DNA from: Bugula neritina
Taxonomy: Eukaryota > Animalia > Bryozoa
Length of the DNA stretch: 64,000 nucleotides
Assembly (NCBI GenBank): GCA_964035545.1
Contig: OZ037772.1
Span: 3,253,538 to 3,317,537, forward strand
Direction: 5' to 3'
The number at the start of each line of letters is the position of its first letter. Positions within the stretch are counted from its first letter, which is position 1. Below are positions 41,421 through 53,600 of this stretch, piece after piece. Under the pieces are notes generated by a model. The model was not told the DNA's origin. It made no database searches and saw only the letters and a list, made by a program, of their open reading frames with translations. The translations under genes and the position numbers were made by a program.

Positions 41421-43233
41421 TACTAATATATATACTACACAGTACTAATATATATACTATACAGTACTAATATATTATATACTATACAGTACTAATATAT
41501 TATATACTATACACAGTACTAATATATTATATACTATACATAATATATAATACAAGTACCTCTACAGCCTTGGCTGCCATATCGTCACATGCCACATATC
41601 ACTGTGGTTTGGGTATCGGCTCAATGATATCTTTAGATCGACTATAACACAAGAGAACACGTTGTGGAGGTCATTGTTAACAGACAGACTCACATAGTAA
41701 CAGTTCAACTCAACAGCATTGTAAAATATAGTGGATATGTTAATGGAGCTATTCTTTAGGAGAACAAGAGAGGACAACTTCTATTACATCGAGATCTGCA
41801 GCTATGAGTCATTTTACTTAATTTAATACACAAAGCTATATACCTCTAGCTTTTAGCTATTGTTCACAGTTGAGCTGCTAATTCAACATTTTAATGTAAG
41901 AAACTATACACAATAGCAGCTAAACTGTGAAAATAGCTAAGAACCAGATATATGGTGTGTACTAAACTAAGTAAAATGACTCACAAGTAAACATGACTAG
42001 AAAAAGTTCAGGATCTAACTGGACGTGTATGAAGAAAATGTAATGGAACCTGTAGAAATCTAACAAATTGGGATAAAATTGTAGAGAGAAGACGACTCAC
42101 CTACATACAGGAACTACCATAGGGTTGTCTTCCTTTCCTTTGTATAGCCCCAAGTCTTCCAACCTTTTATGAACACCTGCACATAAAACTTACACAGAGT
42201 ATAAATTGCTAATAGGCTCACACCTGTCACCTGCTTACAAATGTCACCTGCTCACACCTGTCACCTGTACACACCTGTCACCTGTACACAAATGGTATTA
42301 AACCACTAAAACCTATGTAGATCAATATTTTCTTGCTATTAAGTTGACTAATTGTGAAACAGCCAAAATAGGAAAATAAGACCTTGTAGTGCAGTGAGCA
42401 AGGCAAGTTCAAGCCATACAACTTCAACATGTTGCATTACAGAAGAAAGACCTGCTTCATTTTGGTAAATAACTATAAGTAATATTGGGAGTTACGCCAC
42501 TTATGAGTAACAACATGGAGTTGTGTTTCTTTTCATAAACGCAAAAAGGTAAAAGTTACTTGTTCCTTCGAGGTAGCATATATAATGCAAGGAAGAACCA
42601 TCTCAACTTAGAAATATGTCACACATTTAGGAGTTATGCCACCTCCTTGTCAGAAACACGGAATACTAGTTTCACACACCTTTTCATTTCCACAAACTCG
42701 CCGAAGTCTCCACATATTAACCCGTCATCGTCAATGATTGTGAGGAAGGGGAGTTTGTGTCAGAGGCCAACGTCGTAATCCTTGGGATCATGTGAGGGAG
42801 TTATCTTCACCGCCCCTATCGACAATTAGATGGGAAGTGAGAAGCTCTGAGGCTATGAATATTACAAACAGTACTCGTTGCTATACGAATAGACTCCAAT
42901 TTAGTTCTCCCTCCGTATCTCAGTAAGGGACCTGAAACCTCAATTCATGACACAGTAGAATTCTTACCATAGCAGAATACCATATTTAACACACGGATCT
43001 GTTAATTTAAACTATTTTGTCCCAATACACATAACATAAGTCACAAAACAAAGGACCAAGCCATTCTCATGACCTGGGGTATTTCATGAGAACTAGAAAC
43101 ATAAGATATAGTGGAAGCACTGCCCCAAACAAAACAAATCAAATGAAATGATAGTTTAGTGATGGAAATAATTAGTTAATAGTCTTTGAAAATAGTTGGG
43201 CCGGTCAACTTCTGAAATTACCATGTAAGAAAC

Positions 43234-44252
43234 ACAACAGGCTATGAATATACAGGACAACAGGCTATGAATATACAGGACAACAGGCTATGAATATACA
43301 GGACAACAGGCTATGAATATACAGGACAACAGGCTATGAATATACAAGACAACAGGCTATGAATATACAGGACAACAGGCTATGAATATACAGGACAACA
43401 GGCTATGACTATACAAGACAACAGGCTATGAATATACAGGACAACAGGCTATGAATATACAGGACAACAGGCTATGAATATACAGGACAACAGGTTATGA
43501 ATATACAGGACAACAGGCTATGAATATACAGGACAACAGGCTATGAATATACAGGACAACAGGTTATGAATATACAGGACAACAGGCTGTGAATATACAG
43601 GACAACAGGCTATGAATATACAGGACAACAGGCTATGACTATACAGGACAACAGGCTATGAATATACAGGACAACAGGCTATGAATATACAGGACAACAG
43701 GCTATGAATATACAAGACAACAGGCTATGAATATACAGGACAACAGGCTATGAATATACAGGACAACAGGCTATGAATATACAGGACAACAGGCTATGAA
43801 TATACAGGACAACAGGCTATGAATATACAGGACAACAGGCTATGAATATACAGGACAACAGGCTATGACTATACAGGACAACAGGCTATGAATATACAGG
43901 ACAACAGGCTATGAATATACAGGACAACAGGCTATAAATATACAGGACAACAGGCTATGACTATACAGGACAACAGGCTATGAATATACAGGACAACAGG
44001 CTATGAATATACAGAACAACAGGCTATGAATATACAGGACAACAGGCTAAGAATATACAGGACAACAGGCTATGAATATACAGGACAACAGGCTATGAAT
44101 ATACAGGACAACAGGCTATGACTATACAGGACAACAGACTATGAATATACAGAACAACAGACTATGAATATACAGGACAACAGGCTATGAATATACAAGA
44201 CAACAGGCTATGAATATACAGGACAACAGGCTATGAATATACAGGACAACAG
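43234..44252. repeat. 23-bp minisatellite, about 44 copies
   Basis: ACAACAGGCTATGAATATACAGG in tandem. Confidence 0.97.
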
Positions 44253-46685
44253 AGAACTCACAAAACCAAGATGGAGGACCTTATGATTAGTGTTTTACTT
44301 TAAGGACTTTATGCAGAGTTGTTGCCCCCTGATCAGGAAACGGCGGTAGGTGGAGGTAGGGTGCAGTAATGGAAAAATTGAGGAAAACATGTGTTCTAGA
44401 TTAGAAATATAGCACAAGAAGTTATTTTCTTGAAACTTCAACCCGCACCTTAAACCAAAATGCAATAATAAAATTAAAGAACTTAGGCTATCTCAAGTTC
44501 TCCACTACTGCTCCTAAGTGAGAAAGTGAGAATAGTTAAGAATAGGGAGTTGAGAGAATACTGGAGTTATTTCAACTGGCAGCAAGAGTCAGCCATTATT
44601 ACGTTGCTAAGCAACAAAGCTATTAGCGACATAGTTTCTAATCTAGTTGTGGCCACAATGATCTCTTCGTCAGAGTCTTCCACTTTATATGCAAAGGAAA
44701 GGAGAACTCCGAACTCCACTTTCTCCTTGTAGCCCGGCACAGAGAGCATAGTCCTTCCTGTCAACTCTACTTTGTCTACCTGCAATCAGTGATACAACTC
44801 TCTCAGACTATACAGGTCAAAGGTTAAACTGTAGTGTGTGCTTCTGAGTCACTGCATTCCGATTCTTCTCCATTAGTTCACATTGTGTGAGAGGAAAGGA
44901 AGCTCCTACGTATGAATTTGCGGTTGTGGTCTCATTGATGTAACTGTTACCAAACATTGCATGAGAAATCCATTCGCATAACACAAAAGCTTAGAAACAT
45001 AGTGATTGCTTCACATTATGATGGATTTTTCATTGGATGTTCGGGAGGTCAATCGAACTAAACCGCAACCACAGATCCGTTCGTATTCATCCGAAGATAT
45101 CAGAGATGGCAGAGTTGAGAGTACAGGACCAGTTGACCAGTCGGTTAGCTCTGTAGATTACACCTTTCTCGTGCATTCTGATAAACGCTTCGTTCACCGC
45201 TTTCACAGATTTCTAATAAACAATTATATATTAGTCATGTGTCAAGTGTAAACTGATTGGAAACAAGGCCTCATGATTAACCAATCATAGAGAGGATAAC
45301 ACACTGAGTCAGTAAACAGCCGACACGGCATATAGACTCCACTACTCAAACATAATATATGTATAGAGAGGATAACTCCTCACCTCATCCATAGTGAACG
45401 TAGTTCGGTCCCAGTCATAAGACCCGCCCACTTTCCTCAACTGATGGTAGATTCTGTCTCCTTTTCTATAGAAATTATATAATAACACTGACCAATCGTT
45501 GTGCTGCAAAACTTAGTTATATTAGCAACTTAAATAATGAGTCCAATGATAGAGTGTGATGAAGTAAACCTATATTTAACTTTTTGTATATTCAATTATA
45601 TATATAATTTTATCATATTATCGCTATTATATTATCTTATATCAAACTGTAGCAACTGCACACCAATAAGATAAAATAAAAACTCAAACCCGAATACTAA
45701 GTCGCTATGAAATGCATGTCAGGATAAAATATTCTCTTACTGGTTCTTCCAGTCCCACACTCGTCTCACAAACTCATCTCGTTCCAAATCGTGTCGAGTT
45801 TTATTCTCTTCTCTAGCGAGTTTTTTCTCGACGACAACTTGAGTGGCTATTCCTGCGTGATCACATCCGGGTACAAACAGTGTCACCTTCCCATTCATCC
45901 GGTGCCTGATAATACAACAGAACTGACACCTGCAGACACCTGACAACGCAAGCATATCAGACACCTGTAGATATTCTGGAAAGGTGCTGAGAGAAATATC
46001 TGTGGTTGAAAAAACATCAATATGATAGATGAATGACTTATGCCAACCGGTACTTAACACAAATTTTCTCAGCATTCAAAAAAGAATTAACAGGGGGATG
46101 TTCATAGCCTGTCTGTGGAATATCTCAAAGTGAGTTGGCAAGATGCCGAAATGTCATGTAATCACCACCAGAGGAATGGTGTCTACTGTTACATGCTATA
46201 AGCTACATACACCACCAGTTTAGTGACTAGGTAAGTACGGAGTTGTCTCATCTATATGAATGAACATCTTACCACCGAACTATCGCATCCTCAACCGCCC
46301 CCGCGAGGGCGTGTCCTAGGTGAAGAGTCCCGGTCACATTAGGGGGAGGGATCAGGATGATAAACTTCTCTTCAGGTGTGAGTTTCAGCACATCTCTACC
46401 TGTTACAAAGCAACCAATCACATCTCTCTCGGTTACAAAGTAAAAAGCAACCAATCACAGTACCTGTTACAACAGAGTAACAAATCACACCTCTACGTGT
46501 TAGAAGTAACCAATCATACATTATAGACTTTACTATGATGAGAAGTGTACCTTTGAGATTATACTCAGGTTTGAAGAATCCTTCCTTCTCCCACCAAGAG
46601 TACCAGGCAGCTTCCACATAGGACGGGGAGTAAGAATCAGGCATGGGACACGTCGTGTCTAGAATAATAGAAAACTATAAAGTAT

Positions 46686-46800
46686 AGGGGAGCAGCTGTG
46701 GTCTAGGGGTTAGAGCGGCTGCCAATGAAGCACAAAGTCATGGGTTTGAACCCCGACAAAAGCCATTGGTGATGTTAGGAAGAGCATTCAGTCATAATAG
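46686..46800 (+). mobile_element. tRNA-derived SINE-like fragment
   Basis: A box TGGTCTAGGGG and B box GGTTTGAACCC with tRNA-like spacing; no acceptor stem. Confidence 0.5.
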
Positions 46801-47653
46801 CCCATGTGCCTCATCTGAATAAGTCCTTAGCCTGTTTTAACAAAAATGCTTTCCACCAGGAGTCTCTCACAAGGATGGTGACTATGCACTGATATATAAA
46901 TATACTAAGTTGTAGACTAAACATACAAACTACTGACCCACTATAGTTATAGATGCAATATACGGTCCTACTTACTCGACAGTCTGTGAAAGAGTTCCCT
47001 CGTGCAGTCTTTACTTTTACTTTCACTCTCACAATAGCCAATATCCAAGCCGTACAAGCTGGTAGGAAATCCGGTAGGGAATCCGAATGCTTGTAAGGCA
47101 GTTAGCCAATCGTCTCAGGTTAGCTTGTAGCTTATCTGCTAAAGACTATAAACCGCATTATATTCCATGCCCTCCCTTTTATAGAGATGAACCATTTAAT
47201 ATTCCATGCTCCCCTTTTGGGGGTTTAATAGAAAGCAAAACATGGAATTGAGTACATAATATTCCATGCTCCCCTTTGAGGAATTTAGCAGTATAAAGTA
47301 ACACATGGAACTGAGTGGTTTGTTGGGCTGAGCAGTAACACCAAAATACCAATCAGCCTGATAACACAAAATACCAACCTCTATGTACAGTACACAGTTT
47401 GGTTTACCACCAAAGTGGTTTCCAAAATTGCCACCGAAGTGGACTTTAGCCTGACCACCGGAGTGGACAATAACCTGGCCACCAGAGTGGTCGTGAACTT
47501 GATCACCGAAGTGATCATCTTTAGCACCACCAGGGTGGGCTAATACTGTGCCACCAAGGTGGACTTCCTGCGCATCCGCTTTACCAGGTGTTTGACCTAG
47601 GTCGCCCACTGGTAATTTCCCTAGCTATAACTAAGTGCTAGAAGTCACTACTG

Positions 47654-50600
47654 CTACTTCAATGTATTTCTCCAAGAGACCAACTGAGCATCAGTGCTAA
47701 CTACAGTTAACAGACTATGGTTCTTCAATTCCCTCAAACCTAGTATATTAGACTTAGAACCTTTAATAACATACAGGTTAGTTACTGTTTTCTTGAAATT
47801 GCTTTCTAAAACAACCTCAGCTTTGCCCAACACTGAGAGCTGGGAGTTGTCGGCACTCTTCAAAACTCTATCACTTTCGTGAAGCTTAAGTGCTAATGTT
47901 TTACTTGTGTCTTCAGTAATTGTAGACACATCTGCACCAGTATCTAAAACAAACTCAATATTTCTATCATTAACACTAAGATTCTGTTTCCATGTTTCAG
48001 CTCTATCGTATAGTTCACTATCAATAAATCTAACCTTACTAGAGCTGACAGCTCTAGTTCTAGGTGATCTCCAAGAAGAACTATCTTTACTATCCACTGA
48101 CCATTCTCTATCTGAGCTACTACTCCTTTGACTTCTATAGTTACTTCTACTAGAGTAATCTTTGTCCTTGTAAGACCTACGCATTCTACAGTCTCTTGCT
48201 ATGTGGGCATGTTTTCCACATGCATAACATCTTATTTTTGGACAATTCCTAGCAACATGCTCAGGTTTATGACAAACATAACATAAACTGTCTGAACTGC
48301 TACTACTACTACTATTACTGCTAGCTCTATGTCTACTCCTATAGCCTGGAGATTTGTGGCGAGGATAATCTCGACTACTATCTCTAGAACTATATCTACC
48401 TTTATGTCTATCATTATCATAGTAAGATGACCTTCTGTCCGTTACTCTATCAGACTTAGTTCTAACTTCAGCTATGTTAGCAAAGTTATTATTCAAATTA
48501 GAACTACTAGATCTAACCTCAGAAACCATCGCAGCAGATTCTCTAGCAATATTGTGGTGGCTCGTGGAGCTACCAGCAACACAATACGCAAGGTTGCGTA
48601 TTGACCCGGAACAATGTATTAGCCAATTAACTAAGCTGTTTGATAAGTAATAGTAGCCGCTTCGCGCTACTAGCTCAGTTGAGGATAGTGCTGTAAATTA
48701 AATAGACGTGCGTATCATTACTGTTGTACATTGGATTTTATTATGTATTCTGGTATTAAATATAACAATATCTACTCGACTTAACTGGTGAAGTTTCTCT
48801 AGTGTTAAATAGACTCTCTTGGTGGCACATCAACCCTAAATCTGAAAACTATAACAGTGGTGGCAGCGGTGGGATAGTGTATATCAAAGATGGAGACTGA
48901 AAACGCTGGAATGCAACCACCCCCAGTAGAAGGTGAGCGTAGAAATGCTGTTAACCCTGTAAACTATGAAGGAGAAGAAGCTTATAGACATTACTTGAAA
49001 GCTCCCACCTTTACTGGGTCGGAAGATGTCGAACAATTTATACAAGAATTTAGAGAAGTAATGGAAGTTGCTCAATGGCCGCATAGAGTGGCCCTCATTC
49101 AATTGCGGAGAGCGGTGACGGAGCAAGCCAAGCCGTACGGAGTGGGAACGGACGTAAACGGCATACTGGCTGCGCTGCGGGCCCGTTTTGGCACCTCCGT
49201 CATAGACGCTAGGACCAAGCTGGAGAGATTGTGCCGCACCCCGCGGACCTCGCTGCAAGAACATGCCGCGACGGTGAAGAAGCTGGTGCAGATTGCATAT
49301 AGCGATCTGCCAGCACAACACCAAGAGCGTTACACCTATGACGCCTTTGTCCAGTCCCTAAACGACCTGGGCCTAGACCATCACCTACGAGCTAAAGGGA
49401 TAACCAGAATAGAGGATGCCCTGAAGGCTGGAGAAGCTTACCTGTTGGCTACCCAAATGCATCGAGCACAGCGGAACCCACCAGTAGTTGGAGTCAGCGC
49501 TGCTCGGGCTACGACAGGCTCCGAAGCCCTCCCGCTGGAAGCCGAAGTGGACCGTATGGTAGAGATGCTGGGACAATTGGTAACCATTCTGGCCGGTGCT
49601 GGCCCCGGTCAGGCCTTGCGGATGCCCCCAACACCTGTGGGGCAAGGCTGGAGTAGCGCTGATCAGGACCAGAGACAGAAAGGACGACCCCAATACCAGG
49701 GGGCGTTAAACTGTCACGGCCCGCGGACATTCTCCCTCCCCGCGGGCCGCAACTAAAGGAGTATGGTGGAACACGCCGTCGTCTGTCCGTACGGACGCGG
49801 CGGAACATCCTACCCGAGTGGCAGGTACCATGCAGGACTAGTAGGCCCGCACAACGGCCCAGTACCTTTTCCCTGCCACTCGCTAACCGGTTTCACCGGT
49901 TACCTCGGGAGGAGGAGCCCGCCACTGAAATGGAGCCAGAAGGCCCAGTGGAGAGGCCCAAACCCCGCCGGCACCAACCTCGCCGCCGGAAGCCCCGTAA
50001 ACCACGGGTGAAACCCCCGCCGTCCTGTCAAACCAGGGCAGCACATGCGGGGGGGGGGTGAAAGTACAACCACATGGAGAGAGCTATTTCCTACCCGGAA
50101 AGGTGGCCGGCAACGCCGTCACTTTCCTGCTCGACTCCGGTTGTACTACCAACCTTCTCAGCCGTAGAGTCTTTGAGGCACTGCCCCGCCGGGACAGGGA
50201 TAGAGTACGACCGTATACTGGAGAACATGGCACCCTGGCAGACGGGTCATGTATCCCCTTTTATGGTATTATCGAGCTCCCTGGGCGTGTCCGAGATCAG
50301 GCTGTACAGGAGACCTTTATCATAGGTCAACTGGAAGAAGATGCTATCCTCGGAATGCCCTTCTTGAAGCAGCACCAGTGCCGAATAGATTTCAGCAAGT
50401 CGGTGGTGCTGATGGGCGGGCGAGAACTCGCCTGTGTGGATAAGTTTGGGCGTCCCCTGGTGGGCGGTGTTCAGGTAGTTCGAAACTGCACCGTACCCGG
50501 ACGCTCCAGAGCTACTATCCACTGCCGAGTGAACAGCAACCGGATAGCCAGGCTCGGGGTCGTTGAAAGCGCGCACGAAAAGATCCAACTCGCCAGTAGT

Positions 50601-53600
50601 TTAAACCGACTAACTGAGCGAGGGGAGGTCTTAGTGCAGTGCGTCAACCCCTTTACCGAGCCCATTGAGCTCCCAGCTGGGTCAATGCTGGGCCGGTTCC
50701 ATTCCGTCCAGGAAGAGGACGTGGGCCCGTCGCTGGGTGACGCGACGGAGGCACCCCCTCGACACCCTATTCAGGGACGAGGGGCAGTCCCAACACATCT
50801 CCGGGAGTTATACGAAACAGCCAGTGGCGGCTGCGCGAGTAACAGAGAACGCCAAGCTATGGCCAAGTTACTACGCGACTACGGTGATGTGTTCAGTAGC
50901 GGAGAGCATGACGTGGGACTGACTGGAATTGTCAGACACGAAATACCGCTGACTGCAGGGACAGTCCCTGTCCGGCAACCCACGCGCAGGCTGGGGCCGG
51001 AGAAAGAGAAGGAGGTTAGCCGACAAGTACGGGATCTTCTGGACCGGGGACTGATAGAGCCCGCCCATAGTGCGTGGAGCTCGCCAGTCGTACTGGTCCG
51101 GAAGAAAGACGGCAGTTGGCGGTTCTGTGTGGACTACCGCAAACTCAATAGCGTAACCATACAGGACGCCTACCCTCTACCTCGTATTGACGAGTCATTG
51201 GACGCCCTAGCCGGCAGCAAGTACTTCAGTACGTTAGACTTGCTAAGCGGATATTGGCAGGTTCCTCTGAGTCCCGACGCCCAAGAGAAAGCGGCGTTTA
51301 TCACACGGGACGGTTTGTGGAAGTGGAAGGTGCTGCCCTTCGGGTTAACCTCCGCCCCAGCCACCTTCCAGAGGCTGATGGAACAAGTCCTTAGCGGACT
51401 CCATTGGAAGACACTGCTGGTCTACCTCGATGATGTCATCGTAATCTCTCCAGACTTCGAGACACATGTCAGTCGTCTGCAGGAGGTTTTCGAGAGACTC
51501 CGAGGTGCCGGTCTTAAGCTCAAACCTTCCAAGTGCGCTCTGTTGCAGCCGGAGGTCAAGTACCTGGGGCACGTTGTCGGTCGAAACGGCGTGGCAACGG
51601 ATCCCGAAAAGGTACGGGCAGTAGAAGACTGGGTCACCCCCCAAGACTTGACCGGACTCCGGGCTTTCTTGGGGCTGGTAGGGTATTACAGGCAATACAT
51701 ACCAGACTTTGCGGGCATAGCCCAGCCGTTAAACCGGCTTACCGCAAAGGGAGTGACGTGGCAGTGGACTCCAGTCGAACAAGAAGCGTTCGACCACCTC
51801 AAGGGCTGCCTCCTAACGGCGCCCATCTTGGCCTACCCAGACCCCACTCTGGAGTACATCCTAGACACGGACGCCAGTGACCAGAATGTTGGCGCTGTGC
51901 TGTCACAAGTGCAGGAAGGCCGAGAAGTAGTAGTAGCCTACTACAGCAAATCTCTCTCTCCCGCTGAACGAAACTACTGCACTACCCGCAAGGAGCTGCT
52001 GGCAGTAATCAAGTCAGTGAAGCACTTCAGACCATACCTATATGGCAGGAAGTTCCGACTGCGTACGGATCATGCCTCGCTGATCTGGTTGTGCAGGAGA
52101 GCAGAGCCCTCCAGTCAGGTCGCCCGGTGGCTCGAAATCCTAGCTGAATTCTAGTACCGGATCGAACACCGACCGGGCAAGAGACACAGCAATGCGGATG
52201 GGTTGAGTCGCCGACGTGACGGAGGTTGCAAACAGTGTCTCAACATCGAGAGGAGGGATGGAGGTCCCCCACGATGCGAGTTGGAGACGCTGGCTCATCA
52301 CGGAGCACCGTTTGACTGGGATCAAGGTCAACTCAGGCAAAGAGTTGATGAGTCCCCGGAGGATGTACAAAACCTCCGCGCCAACCCTGTACTGGCCGGT
52401 AATGTTCGAGAGCTGAAGAAGCTCCAAGAGGAGCTGCCTGGAGTCGTGGCAGACATCTACCGGGCCAAAAGGGAAGGGCGACGACCCAGCGAGGAACGCA
52501 TACGACAGGGATGCGCCGAGTTCCGGCTATACTGTCAGCGTTGGGACTCGCTGCGGATCGGGCAGGATGGGTTACTAACCATCTCTCTAGCTGCCAGCGG
52601 CAGACACCCGGAAAGGAAGAGGGTAGTCTGCCCCACAGCCATCCGCCGTGAGTTGATTTGGGATACTCACAAGCAGGCCCACGCAGGGGTCAAGCGAGTG
52701 ATATCCAAATTACGACTCCGGTGGTATTGGCCGCAGATGGAGCGTGACGTCCGGCTCAGAGTCAAACAGTGTGAGATCTGCCAGGCCAGTAAGCATAGCC
52801 GCCCCCCTGGTGAAGCAGGACGGCGGAGGCTATATGCTGGTAGGCCCTGGCAAGTAGTCGCTGTAGACCTGGTCGGACCCATGCCCCTGACCCCCAGAGG
52901 CAATAATTGGATCCTAGTACTAACCGACCACTTTACTAGGTGGGCGGATGCTCTGGCTATCCCAGATGCATCAGCCCCAACAGTGGCCAGGGCACTAGAC
53001 CAACATGTATTCTGTTATTTTGGGCTTCCCGAACAGATACACACTGATCAAGGCGCTCAATTCCAGTCTCAACTGATGAGCGACCTTTGCCACCTCTGGG
53101 GAGTAAATCAGAGCAGGACCACCCCCTACCACCCTCAAGGTAACGGGGTGGTGGAGCGCAACAACCGGATGCTAGGTGATGCGCTCCGGAGTCTCCTCCT
53201 TGGACGAGGTCAAGAGGAATGGGATACGGTGTTGCCGCAAGTCATGCGTGCATACCGTAGCACCCCACACACCAGTACTGGTGAGACCCCAAACCTCTTG
53301 ATGCTCGGGAGAAAGACTCGTGTCCCTGACCATCTCACCTATCACGTTCCAGAGCAGGATAACTCAGTCCACGAGTATGCCAGTGAACTAGTGGAATGGA
53401 TGAAGGCCGCACACGAGATACTGCGTCAACAGCAGTGGAAGGTGCGGCACGAAGATTCCGATGAACCACCCCTCTATCAAAGAGGAGATAAGGTGTGGAT
53501 GGTCAATTACCGTAGGCGCCGCGGACAGGCTGATAAGCTGAAGCCTAAGTTCGTAGGCCCCTACGTGGTCGTCGAGGCTATGCCCAATCATACGTACAAG

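Larger units (their letters stand above)
40645..46658 (-). pseudogene. VARS: Unprocessed partial valyl-tRNA synthetase pseudogene. Exon blocks 46551-46658, 46273-46399, 45741-45905, 45384-45465, 45096-45212, 44630-44779, 42680-42815, 42101-42176, 41560-41641, 40645-40806
   Basis: [15 protein letters not shown] (HIGH), [47 protein letters not shown]; in-frame TGA at 42760-42762 and 41599-41601, two broken exon ends, no KMSKS or anticodon-domain exons downstream. Confidence 0.9.

Noticed and set aside
41599-42762. TGA recoding (Trp or Sec) in the ValRS exons
   Set aside because: TGG is used for Trp throughout, and other structural lesions indicate a pseudogene
43234-44252. CRISPR-like appearance of regular repeats (also 37212-37602 and 16953-17135)
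   Set aside because: Head-to-tail units with no unique spacers, no cas genes, eukaryotic context
48582-48603. Hairpin CAATACGCAAGGTTGCGTATTG in the LTR as a TAR-like element
   Set aside because: Not preserved in the copy 3 LTR; no other support
52152-52154. Programmed stop read-through in pol
   Set aside because: The TAG lies inside RNase H, and the other two copies have serine codons there
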